Assembly (NCBI GenBank): GCA_038060895.1
Contig: JBBTCT010000024.1
Location: forward strand, 1 to 64,000
Direction: 5' to 3'
DNA: 64,000 nucleotides
Origin: Planctomycetota bacterium
Lineage (GTDB): Bacteria; Planctomycetota; MHYJ01; WSZJ01
Under the pieces are notes generated by a model that saw only the letters and a program-made list of their open reading frames with translations, did no database searches and was not told the origin of the DNA. Position 1 is the stretch's first letter; every line of letters starts with the position of its first letter. The position numbers and the translations under genes are program-made. This document shows positions 1-9,919 of the stretch, one piece after another.

Positions 1-54
1 CTCGCCCGCTCGCCCGCTCGCCCGCTCGCCCGCTCGCCCGCTCGCCCGCTCGCC
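1..54. repeat. Tandem 8-mer repeat (ctcgcccg) x~6.75, truncated by the window edge
   Basis: Read directly; lies just downstream of the minus-strand CDS ending at 77. Confidence 0.95.
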
Positions 55-76
55 TGTTCTCGGTCGCGCCGATCCA

Positions 77-1099
77 CTACAACTCGATAAATTTTCCCGA
101 CCGCACCCAGTTCGACGCCAGCGTCGTCACGAACGCTGTGAACCTGACAATCGCTTCTTCTTCGCCGCCGGCCGGCATCGACAGCTTCATTTCCGTCAGC
201 CTCACGATCAGATGCCTTGCCATCGACAGCACGACCGGCTGGCGCGCGCCGGTCCAGTAGGCGACCTGCTTCACGATCGCGCGGTGCTTCGCATCCGCCC
301 AGCCCGCCGCCGCGTTGGCTTCCGTGGGGGGACCGAACAGCTCGCGCAGGTCCCCGTCGGCGTACCCTGCGATCTGCGCCGCGATCGACTCGTGCTCGTC
401 GCGCCGCTCGTAGTGCTCCTTCACCGTGACCGTGCCGAGCTCCTCGTCCGGCGGCGCATCCACGTCCACCGCGGGCGGCGTCCGGCCGATCGAGGCCATC
501 GTCCGGTCAACGTACTCGAGCTTCGGCAACGCGCCGTGCCCCTTGTACTTCTCGCGCCAGTCACTCCCCGGCGTCAGCCAGACCGCAAACGTCTCCGCAA
601 AATCCTCGTCCGGATGCTTCTGCGCATACCAGCCCGGGATGTGCTTCACGAACTTCTTCGAAAACGGATTCGAAGAGTAGTCCTCCACGTACGGCCGCGA
701 ATACGGGCCGAACACCGTGTGCCACTCTTCCGACTGGTACAGCCGGTACGCATAGTTGAACGCGTGCCCCGCCTCGTGCCGCAGGTACATCATCGTCAGC
801 CGGTCGTCCTCGAGGTCCTCGCTGAATTCGTCCTCGAGCCGCTTCAGCCGCTCGTCCGCCAGGTAGAACGGAATGCCGATGACCGGCACGCCCTCGGGAC
901 ACCCCCACTCGTCCGACAGGTACGTCTTCGGCCGGAACTTCAGCCCCTTCGCCTCCAGCTCCTCCGCGAGCTTGTTCAACGCGCTTTCGAGCGGCGTTCC
1001 CTCGATGCGAAGCTGCAACTCGTCGATTTTCTTCGACAGCACGGCGAGCTTCTCGCTCTCCCATGCCTCGCGCGGGGTCTGCTCGCGGAACTCAGGCAT
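77..1099 (-). CDS. Putative zinc-binding metallopeptidase (Peptidase_Mx-like)
   Basis: HEAGH zinc motif and YAQKHPDEDFAETFA motif. Confidence 0.8.
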   Translation of the reverse strand: MPEFREQTPREAWESEKLAVLSKKIDELQLRIEGTPLESALNKLAEELEAKGLKFRPKTYLSDEWGCPEGVPVIGIPFYLADERLKRLEDEFSEDLEDDRLTMMYLRHEAGHAFNYAYRLYQSEEWHTVFGPYSRPYVEDYSSNPFSKKFVKHIPGWYAQKHPDEDFAETFAVWLTPGSDWREKYKGHGALPKLEYVDRTMASIGRTPPAVDVDAPPDEELGTVTVKEHYERRDEHESIAAQIAGYADGDLRELFGPPTEANAAAGWADAKHRAIVKQVAYWTGARQPVVLSMARHLIVRLTEMKLSMPAGGEEEAIVRFTAFVTTLASNWVRSGKFIEL

Positions 1100-1102
1100 C
1101 GT

Positions 1103-1846
1103 TCAGCGGATGGTCTTGTCGCGGACGACGCGATGCTGGAAGCCCGGGGCAGTCAGGGAGGTTACGGCACCGGTGGAATCGGTCGCGACGTCGATCCGCC
1201 AGGCCGAAGAGCCGTCGGGGGCGAGGCCCTCCCATGCGAGCGCGGTCTCGTCCGTGCGGTTGAAGCGCCGCTTGACGCGTTCGAGGTCCATGCCGGGGAG
1301 GCGGACGAGGACGCGGTCCACGTCCTGCGGCTCGCCGGGCTTGAGGGCGAGGCGGCGGACGGCGACGCCGGGCGTGACATGGTCTCCCTGGATTTCGACG
1401 TCATCGCAACCGTCGAAAGCCGGGAGGTCCTCGGCAGATCCATCCGGGCGGTGGCGCTTCCAGCGGCCGGAGGAAGTGCGTTCAAGAGACAGCGAGGCGG
1501 GCGAGCCCGCGGGTTCGTGGCCGAGACCGGCGAGGATGAGGAGGCGGGAAGTGCGGCCGTCGGGAAGCGTTTCGAGAGCGATATCGGCCCAGAAGGCGGC
1601 GGCATCCGGGTCGGCGGCGTCCCTGAAGAGGAGGTGTTCTCGTGTGAGGCTGGCGCCATCGGCGCATCGGCGTTCCGAGACGAGCGCAGCGCCGGAGCCT
1701 GTCGGATCAGCCCAGAAAAGGGTGCGGACGTCCGTGAAATTGCCTGGGTGGAGCTCGTCCTTGTGGGTCGTTTCGGGGTCGGAGCCGCAGCCGGGGAGTA
1801 ATCCGGCGATGAGGGCGAGGTGGGTGAAGCGGAAGGAGGGGCGCAT
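1103..1846 (-). CDS. Putative lipoprotein with glycolipid-binding-like domain
   Basis: Start moved to MRPSFRF; lipobox LLPGC; DGCDDVEI..TPGVAVRRLAL resembles the putative glycolipid-binding family. Confidence 0.55.
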   Translation of the reverse strand: MRPSFRFTHLALIAGLLPGCGSDPETTHKDELHPGNFTDVRTLFWADPTGSGAALVSERRCADGASLTREHLLFRDAADPDAAAFWADIALETLPDGRTSRLLILAGLGHEPAGSPASLSLERTSSGRWKRHRPDGSAEDLPAFDGCDDVEIQGDHVTPGVAVRRLALKPGEPQDVDRVLVRLPGMDLERVKRRFNRTDETALAWEGLAPDGSSAWRIDVATDSTGAVTSLTAPGFQHRVVRDKTIR

Positions 1847-1980
1847 GAGGGGCGGGAGAGTACAACAATGGAAAGAGGTTGAGTAGGGGGTTGTTGGCAG
1901 CGGTTGGCACAAAGACATAAAACATTGCAGGACAACAGTTTGTGGCGTTAATGCGGCCGCGATCCATCGCCGCTGTGCGC

Positions 1981-2928
1981 CTACTCCCCCACCTCAAATT
2001 CCACGAATACCGGACGATGATCCGAGGCCGACGTCATCGGAAGCACGCAGGACCGGACCCGAATACGATCATTTACCCAACAATGGTCGATCGACAGGAA
2101 GGGAAGCGGCGTCGGCCATGTTCCGTCCATCCCTCGCCCCCCGGCTTCGAAGGAGTGCTTCAGCCTCCCCCGCCACTCGTCAAAGAAGAACGAGTCACGT
2201 GGCGTATTGAAGTCACCCCCCACCAGTAGCGGACCCGGCGGCACCTCCGCAATCGCCGCGTCCAGGACTTCGAAGACCGGACCCCGGTGACGGTACGAGG
2301 TGCCGTCGATATCCACGACGAGAACGGTGAGGTCTGCCCCCCTCAAGGTGACCCGGAATTCCGCGATTCGACTGTCGCCCTTCAGCACCTGGCGGAATTC
2401 CCGAATGCGCCCTTTCGTGATGAAGAGCATCCCGCCGGCCGCTTCACGCTTGTCGTACCCCGCGAGTTCGCCATGCCACTTCGGCCCGGGCGGCGGCTGC
2501 TCTTCGGCAGCCTCGACAAACCACGCGAGGTCGGGGTCGTGAGCGCGGATCTCCGCGAGGACGGCGTCCCAGCCCTCTTCGCCCCGTTCGAGGTTCCAGC
2601 CGAGGCTACGCAGGAGTCCCCGGGGCGCCGGGCCCTCCGGCGGAGGCGCGAGCACCATGGATGCAGCAAGCCACCACGCCGCCGCGACCAGGGCGCCGCC
2701 GCCGGCCGCGATCGTGTGCCGCCAGGCTTTGCGGAGTCCCCAGATGAAAGAAGTCGCGAGCAGCACGACGGCCATCGCGACCGGCGGCGAAGCGTAGACG
2801 ACCATCGAGAATACCGGCCAGCGGTCGCGCACGGTCAGCTGGAGAAGCGCGCAGACGGCGGTTCCCGCCGCGAGCACGGCCGGGAGAGCGTGGAAGCAGC
2901 GCAGAAGTGCGGGGCGAAGGCGTTGCAC
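1981..2928 (-). CDS. Endonuclease/exonuclease/phosphatase family membrane protein
   Basis: N-terminal TM helices; WN, GDFN, IDH and SDH motifs. Confidence 0.9.
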   Translation of the reverse strand: MQRLRPALLRCFHALPAVLAAGTAVCALLQLTVRDRWPVFSMVVYASPPVAMAVVLLATSFIWGLRKAWRHTIAAGGGALVAAAWWLAASMVLAPPPEGPAPRGLLRSLGWNLERGEEGWDAVLAEIRAHDPDLAWFVEAAEEQPPPGPKWHGELAGYDKREAAGGMLFITKGRIREFRQVLKGDSRIAEFRVTLRGADLTVLVVDIDGTSYRHRGPVFEVLDAAIAEVPPGPLLVGGDFNTPRDSFFFDEWRGRLKHSFEAGGRGMDGTWPTPLPFLSIDHCWVNDRIRVRSCVLPMTSASDHRPVFVEFEVGE

Positions 2929-2962
2929 GGAGCTTCAAATATACATGCCGGTCCAGTGGAAC

Positions 2963-2992
2963 AGGGGCCCGGCCCGTGAGAGCCGGGCCCCT
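2963..2992 (-). terminator. GC-rich hairpin downstream of the VIT-VWA gene
   Basis: aggggcccggc-8 nt-gccgggcccct; weak U-tract. Confidence 0.55.
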
Positions 2993-3005
2993 TGGGATGC
3001 TTCGC

Positions 3006-5168
3006 CTATTTGCCGACCGGTTCTTTCATCCGGTAGACCTTGCCCTGGTAGACCACGACCACGTTCCCCAGCGAGAGGAACTTCGCCAGGCCTGGCTTCG
3101 CCACGATCAACTTCAGGTACTCGTCGCTGCCGACCGTCAGGTCGATGAAGGTCTTGTGCTTCTCGGCCTCAAACGTGCTGTCTGTCCAGACGCCGCCCTC
3201 GTTGTAGAAGTTCTTGGAGCCGATGATGCGCATTTTCGTCATCACCTGCTCTTCGGACTGGCCCGTGACCCTGCCGGCCCGCTCGTAGTCGCCGAAACCG
3301 CCGGCGCTCTCGGAGAGGTCCCGCGCGGATTCTGACGACGGAGCGCTCGGGGCTCCGAACCCGTCCTTCTGTTCCTTGCGGAAGGCCTCCCCCGCGCGCG
3401 CCTTCATCGCCGCCAGGTCGCCTTTCGGTGAGTCATCCGCGATCAGGAAGCTGGTGTACGGCGTCACGATCCCGAACTGCTTCGCCAGCCGCACGATCTC
3501 GTCGATCACTTCCTTGGGTCCGCCGTTGCGCTTCGCCTCGGCCATCAGGTGCCCGACCTTGCGGCCGGCCCAGACGCGGGGAAGGAAATCGTTCGCGATC
3601 GATTCTGCGGGGAACTTCAGCGTGTACGGGAAAGAGACTTCCTTTCCGGCCAGCCGCCCGCTCACGAGGATTTCCTTCTCGGGCGTCCACTTCTCGTCCT
3701 CAACCATGTAACGGCCGAACAGGACGATCTGCTGGCCCTTGAAGAGGTCCGGCATGCGGCGGGGGTAGATCTCTTCGACTTTCATGTTCTGGAACGTGAC
3801 CTTGATGTCGGTCAGCACCGGGTTGGCGATGCGGTCGTAAAGGTCCGTGATGCGCGTCGTCAGGTCTTCCTTCGGCATCACGTACGCCGCGCTGCCGCCG
3901 TTGTCCGTCGCGAGCATGTCGAGCAATCGCGTGTTCAGCTCGTTGCCGACGCCGAACGCGAAGATGCGGGCTTTCTTCGTGTTGCGCTTCGTCAGGATGT
4001 CCGCCAGCTTGTCCGTGTCCGTCTCGCCCTCGTTCGGGACGCCGTCCGTGAGGAAGATCAGGTTCCGCGCGTCCTTCGTGTCCGTGAACATTCCCAGCGC
4101 CAGGCTGACCGCTTCCTCGATCGCCGTCCGGCCGCGCGGCTTGAGCTTCTCGACGTGAGTCAGCGCCTTTTTCACGTTCTCCGGCGTCGCCGGCAGCAGC
4201 TCCTCCTTGAAGGCCCGCGCTTCCGTGCCGAAGTCCACGATATTGAAGCGGTCCTCGGGGCGGAGGTGGTTGAGGCAGTACGTGAGGGCTTTCTGGAGGT
4301 TGACCAGGCGGTCTTCCTCGATCATCGAGCCGGAGGAGTCGATGCAGAAGATGACTTCCTGCGGAATGACCGGCACTTTCGCCGGGTCGATCGACGGGGA
4401 GACCATCATCATGAACGTGCCGCGTTCGTCCTCGTCGCGGTACGTGAGCGCCGAGACGCCGAGTTCGCCCTCGGCGACCTGCCAGTAGAGCGCCATCGGG
4501 GTCTTCGGCAGGTAGTTCTCCTGCTCGTAGTGAACCGTCGCGTTGAAGTCGTCCACGCGCGTGACGCTGACGTTGTGCGTCGGCGAGTAGATCGACTTGA
4601 TCGGCTTCTGCGACTTCATCGTGACGTCCACGATCACCTTCTTGAGCGGCTTGAGCCACGCCTTGGGATTCGTGTTGAGGAAGCCCATCCGGAAGACGCC
4701 GTCCTCGGACTTCATGACCTGCGTGTAGCGCAGGACGGCCGTCACCTTGCCCTGCGGCGGGAGGTTCGGGACCTCCGCGCGAATCAGGCCTTTGCCGTAG
4801 AACTCGAGAAGCGCCGTCTTGCCGCCTCGCGCCGCGATTTCCGCGAAAACTTTCTTCGCCTTCTCGGCGTCGATCATTTCCGCTTCGACTTCCTTGCCGT
4901 CCAGCTTCAAGGTCAGCTTGTCGATCTGCGCGTCCGCTTCGAACTCCATGTAGCACGTCCCGCCCACGACCGCCTGCGCGTTCGGGTTGAAGAACGTGCA
5001 TGTGTACTGCTTCACCGCGATGTTGTCCGTGATCGAGATCGTGATGTGGTCTTCGATCAACTCGACCGGAAGCGGCGAGTGGATGAAGCACGCGTGCGCC
5101 GGCGTCGTCGCGACGATCGCGGCCGCGAGAGCCGAAAGCGCCGCCAGTCCTGCCAGGATCCGTCTCAT
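3006..5168 (-). CDS. Secreted VIT (vault/inter-alpha-trypsin) + VWA domain protein
   Basis: Signal peptide; MIDAS DSSGSM, T and LTDG; C-terminal GIVTPYTSFL. Confidence 0.9.
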   Translation of the reverse strand: MRRILAGLAALSALAAAIVATTPAHACFIHSPLPVELIEDHITISITDNIAVKQYTCTFFNPNAQAVVGGTCYMEFEADAQIDKLTLKLDGKEVEAEMIDAEKAKKVFAEIAARGGKTALLEFYGKGLIRAEVPNLPPQGKVTAVLRYTQVMKSEDGVFRMGFLNTNPKAWLKPLKKVIVDVTMKSQKPIKSIYSPTHNVSVTRVDDFNATVHYEQENYLPKTPMALYWQVAEGELGVSALTYRDEDERGTFMMMVSPSIDPAKVPVIPQEVIFCIDSSGSMIEEDRLVNLQKALTYCLNHLRPEDRFNIVDFGTEARAFKEELLPATPENVKKALTHVEKLKPRGRTAIEEAVSLALGMFTDTKDARNLIFLTDGVPNEGETDTDKLADILTKRNTKKARIFAFGVGNELNTRLLDMLATDNGGSAAYVMPKEDLTTRITDLYDRIANPVLTDIKVTFQNMKVEEIYPRRMPDLFKGQQIVLFGRYMVEDEKWTPEKEILVSGRLAGKEVSFPYTLKFPAESIANDFLPRVWAGRKVGHLMAEAKRNGGPKEVIDEIVRLAKQFGIVTPYTSFLIADDSPKGDLAAMKARAGEAFRKEQKDGFGAPSAPSSESARDLSESAGGFGDYERAGRVTGQSEEQVMTKMRIIGSKNFYNEGGVWTDSTFEAEKHKTFIDLTVGSDEYLKLIVAKPGLAKFLSLGNVVVVYQGKVYRMKEPVGK

Positions 5169-5246
5169 GACTTCCTCCTCAAGGCCCCCGGGAAAATTTG
5201 CGGGGAAGTCAGGCCCAGGGCCCGCCCCCGCGTTTCAAGTGTCTGT

Positions 5247-5288
5247 CCGTATCCGCGGCTGTTTCCGCCACATCCGCCTTTATCCGCG
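5247..5288. repeat. atccgc-based dispersed repeat; 39/42 identical to the reverse complement of 51176-51217
   Basis: Manual alignment. Confidence 0.85.
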
Positions 5289-5302
5289 TATGTCGTTACT
5301 TG

Positions 5303-6124
5303 TCACTTCCTTCTGAATCCCTCCTCAATCCGATCCACCTCCGGCCACGGCAACCCCTCCGCGACCACCGTCACCTGCACGTCTCCGCTCGCGAACCGGG
5401 TGAGCTTCACTTCCCGCCCTCCGCCCACCACCGTCTGGGTCACCTCTCTCGCCTTCCCGCCCTTCTCCTGCATCACCGTCACTTCCCCGAACGGCGTTGA
5501 CCAGGCCGCCTCTGCGGTCGCGATCGCGGGCTCGATGCGTCGAAGCGTAGATCCGTGCGGGACGTAGGAGGGCGGCACGAGCAATCCCGCGGCCTCGACT
5601 TCGGGCTTCGCCGCCGCCGAAGCCGCGGCCTTGTCGGAGAAGCGCGCGTAGTCGCCGGCGTTCAGCGCTTCGTCGTACTCGCCGATGTAGGCGTAGCAGA
5701 TGTCCGCGCGGCGCCCGGCGAGGCCGGCAATTTCTGCGTGGCGCGCGACGGCGCGGGTCTCTGGATTCGTGGCGGCCATCACTTCCGGCCCCGGCGGAAC
5801 GGCAACCGGATCAGTCTTCGGCCGCGGCCCTGCGACGTGGAACACGACGCCGACGGCGGCCAGAAGCACGGCGGCTGCGAGAGAAAGGCGCATCGGGCTC
5901 CAACGCGTTCGAGGGAGGCGGGCCGAAACCGCTGGCCACACATCGACCTGCCCCGGGTCCGCCTGCCAGTTCCCGAGCGCCGCTTCCACGGCCTCCAGCT
6001 CCTTCATTGCCCGCCCGCAGGCTTCGCACCCGGCGGCGTGCTCGCGCGCCCGCGCTGCTTCGGCGGGGCCGAGGTCGCCGCGGACGAGCGCGGAAAGCTG
6101 CAGGCGGATGTCGTCGCAGCGCAT
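5303..6124 (-). CDS. zf-HC2 anti-sigma factor
   Basis: MRCDDIR..HAAGCEAC (C..HxxxCxxC) followed by one TM helix. Confidence 0.85.
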   Translation of the reverse strand: MRCDDIRLQLSALVRGDLGPAEAARAREHAAGCEACGRAMKELEAVEAALGNWQADPGQVDVWPAVSARLPRTRWSPMRLSLAAAVLLAAVGVVFHVAGPRPKTDPVAVPPGPEVMAATNPETRAVARHAEIAGLAGRRADICYAYIGEYDEALNAGDYARFSDKAAASAAAKPEVEAAGLLVPPSYVPHGSTLRRIEPAIATAEAAWSTPFGEVTVMQEKGGKAREVTQTVVGGGREVKLTRFASGDVQVTVVAEGLPWPEVDRIEEGFRRK

Positions 6125-6128
6125 GGGG

Positions 6129-6986
6129 TTACCGGGTCACCGTGAAGTTGTCGAAGGTCGCGACCTGGTTGAAGCAGAAGAAGCCGACCTTTCCGGAGGA
6201 GCCGCCGGTGGTGATGTTGCCGACCTTGTTGTCGTTGATGAAGATCTCGGCCTTGGTCCCGTCCACCTCGATGCGGACCTTGATCATCGTGTTCCACGCG
6301 AAATTCGTCGGCCACGACGCGAGCTGCTGGTTGTACCAGGTGCCGCCGCCGAAGACGCGGACGTTGCCTGGCGAAAGCCAGAGCGCGTTGGCGTTGTTGG
6401 CGTCCTGCGCGTTCCAGAGGATGCCGGCATTGTTGGCGCCCGTCACCTCGACCTCGATCGTGTACGTCCCCTCGAGCGCTTCGTTGAACTGGATGCTGTC
6501 GTAATTCCCCGACGGCTGCCCCTGGAGCTTGCCGCTCACGACGGACCACGTGGTCGGCCCGATCTTCGTCCACTCGTCGAGGCTCTCCGATTCGAAGTCG
6601 GCTCCGAGTCCCTTGCCCGGCTTCGAAATGCGAAGCGTCTTGATGGCGGCCGTCGGGATCTTGAGGACGCCGAAGCCGGTATCCACCTCAAGCGGCGCGA
6701 GTTCCTCAATCCACCCTTTGAAAACGCCGTCCGTCGCGTTGACGGTGTCGAGCTCTTCCTTTTTGACGTTCCCCCACGCAACGCTGCGGATGTCCTTGAT
6801 CGCGAACTTCAATTTGCCGTGCTTCGTCTTGAGCTCGATCGACTGCAGGTCCTTGAACGTCCCCTTGATCAGCGAGCCGTTGACGAGCTTCAGCTCGCAG
6901 CGGGAACCCTCAGCCTCGGGTTCTTCGGTGAGGCCTGTGATTCCACAGAGAAGAGCTAGGGCGAGCCCGACGGCGATCTTGCGCAT
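6129..6986 (-). CDS. Secreted protein with C-terminal LamG/DUF1080-like beta-sandwich
   Basis: Start MRKIAVG with AAAGGAG RBS; signal peptide; C-terminal GKVGFF..FDNF pattern. Confidence 0.7.
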   Translation of the reverse strand: MRKIAVGLALALLCGITGLTEEPEAEGSRCELKLVNGSLIKGTFKDLQSIELKTKHGKLKFAIKDIRSVAWGNVKKEELDTVNATDGVFKGWIEELAPLEVDTGFGVLKIPTAAIKTLRISKPGKGLGADFESESLDEWTKIGPTTWSVVSGKLQGQPSGNYDSIQFNEALEGTYTIEVEVTGANNAGILWNAQDANNANALWLSPGNVRVFGGGTWYNQQLASWPTNFAWNTMIKVRIEVDGTKAEIFINDNKVGNITTGGSSGKVGFFCFNQVATFDNFTVTR

Positions 6987-7292
6987 GGGAAATCTCCTTT
7001 TCGAGTGTTTGAACACGGCCGGCGCCGCGTCCCCGTGGTTTTTCTGAAATTTCGCTGCGGGGGTCGCCAGCCCCATGCTGTCGCGGAAACTGATGCGGGG
7101 CTGCGGGACCTGGTGGCGGAATTCCGCCTGGGTGAACTGCAGCTCTGACGAGAGCTGGAGCGGCCACCGCGGGACTTCAGGACCTGGCCGGCTTCGCCTC
7201 GCTTTCCTGTACCTTTCTTGCCGGGCCCGGTAACCGCTTCCGATTCCGGCCCGGCCCGCCCCCCCGCTGCGGGCCGTTCGGCAGTCGTCTGG

Positions 7293-7308
7293 CGGCACAC
7301 ACTTTGCA
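7293..7308 (+). promoter_or_regulatory. Sigma-54 promoter for csbD
   Basis: cGGcacacactttGCa, exact GG-N10-GC. Confidence 0.75.
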
Positions 7309-7386
7309 ATCGTAGTCCGGAGCATTCCGGCCGACGCACACCGGACTTACAACGCCCGCACACGCACTCATCAAGGGAGAAACGCC

Positions 7387-7566
7387 ATGAAATCCAGCAC
7401 GAAGGACCAGATCAAAGGCAAGCTTCATGAAGTGAAAGGGAAGTTGAAGTCCACGGTCGGTCGGATTACGAACAATCCGAACATGGCGCTCGACGGCCAG
7501 GACGAGAACCTCGCCGGCAAAGTCCAGCAGAAGGCGGGCCAGATCAAGAAGGTGTTCGGGAAGTAG
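7387..7566 (+). CDS. csbD: CsbD family general stress protein (59 aa; absent from ORF track)
   Basis: MKSSTKDQIKGKLHEVKGKLKSTVGRITNNPNMALDGQDENLAGKVQQKAGQIKKVFGK; AGGGAG RBS. Confidence 0.92.
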   Translation: MKSSTKDQIKGKLHEVKGKLKSTVGRITNNPNMALDGQDENLAGKVQQKAGQIKKVFGK

Positions 7567-7762
7567 CCGCAACTATTGAGACCCACGGGTGTTCGAAGTG
7601 GCGGGAGGGCATTGGGTGGCCGCGATTTGAGGGGGAGTCCCTCATGGCTTACATCGCAATCCTGGTGCCGCGCTCTCCCCGACCGATGGGTTCCGGCGAA
7701 CGGTTCGACATCCAGAATCTTCCGACACACGAATTGAAGTTTCCGAACCAACCCGGGACGGA

Positions 7763-9166
7763 TTACGCCTTCTTCGCGTGGCTCTCCCAGGCCTTCATCC
7801 TGTTGTAAAGCGTCTTCAAATTCAGTCCGAGTTGCTTCGCGGCGCGCGTCTTGTTGTTGCCGCAGGCCTGAAGCGTCGCGAGGACCAGGCGTCTTTCTGT
7901 TTCGTCGACGGTCGACGTCCCGATGTCCACGACGAGATTTCCGGTGCCGGTCGCCGGCGCCTCATCGCCTTTGGCGGGCCCGGCAGCGCACGCGGTCTCG
8001 GTGAGCGAAAGGTGATGCGGCTGGATCCGGTCGTCCGCCATGATCGCGGCCGATTGCACGACGTTCTTCAGCTCACGCACGTTCCCCGGCCACCCGTACG
8101 CTTTCAGCCGATCCAGCGTCGCTGACTCGAAGCGCTTCGCAGTTCCATCCTTCTCGTTCACCTTCCTGAGGAACAGTTCTGCCAGCTCGATGACGTCGTC
8201 GCCTCGATCCCGGAGCGGCGGCAGGCAGACGCTCATGACCTTCAGCCGGTAATACAGGTCTTCGCGCAGTTTTCCGCCGGCGACGGCGGCCTGGACGTCG
8301 CGGTTCGTGGCGGCGACGATCCGGACGTTGACGCTGATTTCGCGCTCTCCCCCGATCCGGGTCAGCCTCCCGGTCTCCAGCACGCGCAGCAGCTTGACCT
8401 GCAAGTCGTACTGCATTTCGGCGATCTCATCGAGGAAGAGGGTCCCGCCGTTGGCGCGGGAGAAATACCCGTCGTGTTTCTGCAGGGCGCCCGTGAAGCT
8501 TCCGCGTTCGTGGCCGAAGAGCTCGCTCTCGATGATGTTGGCGGGGACGGCGCCGCAGTTCATGGCGAGCATGGGGCCGTCCCTGCGGGGGCTGAGGTCG
8601 TGAAGGGTCTGGGCGGTGAGTTCCTTGCCCGTGCCGCTTTCGCCCGTAATGAGGACGGAGACCTCGGTGGGGCCGACGCGCGTCAGGAAGTCGTAGACCT
8701 TCTGCATGGCGGGCGACGACCCGTCCAGACGGCCGAAATGTCCCAGTTCGCGCAGCTTGCCGCGGAGATCCCCGATTTCGCCACGCAGCCGGAGGGCCCG
8801 CAGTGCGCCGGCGAGAATGCGCTGGAGATGGACCGGCTCGATCGGCTTCACGACGTAGTCCGTGGCCCCGCGCCGGAGCGCCTGGATCGCCGTTTCAACG
8901 GAAGCGTTCCCTGTGATGAGGATGAACTCCGTCGGGTCGCTTTCGCGAACTTCGTCCAACAGCTCCAGCCCCGAGCCGTCGGGGAGCGTCAGGTCCGAGA
9001 GAATCAGCCCCGGCGATTCCGCCTTGAGCATCCGGCGCGCTTCCTCGAGCGTGCCTGCGGCCGCGACTGTGAAGCCCTGCGCTCCCACAACCCGCGCCAG
9101 CGCGTCGCGCTCCGCGGGTTCGTCTTCGACCAGGAGGACGTGCGGCATGACGGCTTGTTTTTTCAT
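7763..9166 (-). CDS. Sigma-54-dependent response regulator (NtrC family; REC-AAA+-HTH)
   Basis: REC domain, GESGTGKE, GSFTGA, LFLDEI, WPGNVREL, Fis-type HTH. Confidence 0.97.
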   Translation of the reverse strand: MKKQAVMPHVLLVEDEPAERDALARVVGAQGFTVAAAGTLEEARRMLKAESPGLILSDLTLPDGSGLELLDEVRESDPTEFILITGNASVETAIQALRRGATDYVVKPIEPVHLQRILAGALRALRLRGEIGDLRGKLRELGHFGRLDGSSPAMQKVYDFLTRVGPTEVSVLITGESGTGKELTAQTLHDLSPRRDGPMLAMNCGAVPANIIESELFGHERGSFTGALQKHDGYFSRANGGTLFLDEIAEMQYDLQVKLLRVLETGRLTRIGGEREISVNVRIVAATNRDVQAAVAGGKLREDLYYRLKVMSVCLPPLRDRGDDVIELAELFLRKVNEKDGTAKRFESATLDRLKAYGWPGNVRELKNVVQSAAIMADDRIQPHHLSLTETACAAGPAKGDEAPATGTGNLVVDIGTSTVDETERRLVLATLQACGNNKTRAAKQLGLNLKTLYNRMKAWESHAKKA

Positions 9167-9840
9167 GAGTTCGATGCCGGAATGGAGAAGGAGAAGCCGG
9201 ACCCCTTGACGGCAGTCCTCGAGCCGCCGAACGCGGCGACGGCGTCGTCCAGCGCGACGGGAAGAGTCACGACAGGAGCGGTGTGGACCAACGATGGCCC
9301 TCCGGACACGACAATCCGCGCCCCCGCCGACGTCGTCGTCGTCGCCTCGAACACGATCCTCCCGCCGTCGGCGACATCCTTCATGACCTCAACCGCGGCA
9401 AACGCCAGCACGGTGACCATCGCCCCGGAAGGAAGGCTGATCGGGAACCCCGGCGGGCACGAGGAGGCCTCGACCGTGATGTGCCGTTTCTGCGCCAGCG
9501 GCCCGACTAGGGCTGCGGCATCGCGCATCGCACGGCCGGACTCGCAGGTGGCGTCGTCCAGCTCCGGGGTCACGAGATGTTTGAGGAAGTTCTCGAACGC
9601 TTCGCGGAATCGCGAGGTTGAGGACTGAAGCGACACCCCGGCTGCGACAGCGGACTCCTCATCGCGTTTCCCGGTCGACGAGAGCCGGACCACTTCTCCC
9701 GACAGCACGACACCGTTGAGAAGGCCCCGTAACGAGTGGGCCTGCGACGGCGCGAGGCTGGTCATCAGCCGCGACCGGAGCAAATCCAGGCAGGCCTTCC
9801 GGGAAACTGCTTCCGCACGTGGGTCCAGGGTGTTCAACAC
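9163..9840 (-). CDS. Histidine-kinase-like protein with H-box and degenerate ATPase domain
   Basis: AHSLRGLLNGV H-box-like; no recognisable N/G1 boxes; 4-nt overlap with the NtrC gene. Confidence 0.55.
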   Translation of the reverse strand: MLNTLDPRAEAVSRKACLDLLRSRLMTSLAPSQAHSLRGLLNGVVLSGEVVRLSSTGKRDEESAVAAGVSLQSSTSRFREAFENFLKHLVTPELDDATCESGRAMRDAAALVGPLAQKRHITVEASSCPPGFPISLPSGAMVTVLAFAAVEVMKDVADGGRIVFEATTTTSAGARIVVSGGPSLVHTAPVVTLPVALDDAVAAFGGSRTAVKGSGFSFSIPASNS

Positions 9841-9919
9841 GGGACACTTCCTCTCGCTGGCGCTGCTGCAGGCACGTCGCGGTGCAATTCCAATCGCCGC
9901 GCGGGAACGCAGGGAGTTG

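Noticed and set aside
1-54. 8-mer tandem as a CRISPR array or iteron set
   Set aside because: No spacers, unit too short, and no cas or rep genes nearby
212-1801. 529-aa plus-strand ORF, and similar long ORFs such as 3549-5567, 9716-12472, 26031-28349, 32953-34659, 36276-38114, 39041-41395 and 55720-57930
   Set aside because: Antisense or off-frame shadows of well-supported genes; typical of high-GC DNA and without recognisable motifs
7644-7810. Small plus-strand ORF (MAYIAILVPRS..) with a G-rich upstream sequence
   Set aside because: Overlaps the 3' end of the NtrC gene and has no recognisable features
9870-9900. Sigma-54-like sequences upstream of the 9163-9840 gene
   Set aside because: GG-GC spacing is 11 rather than 10 on both strands
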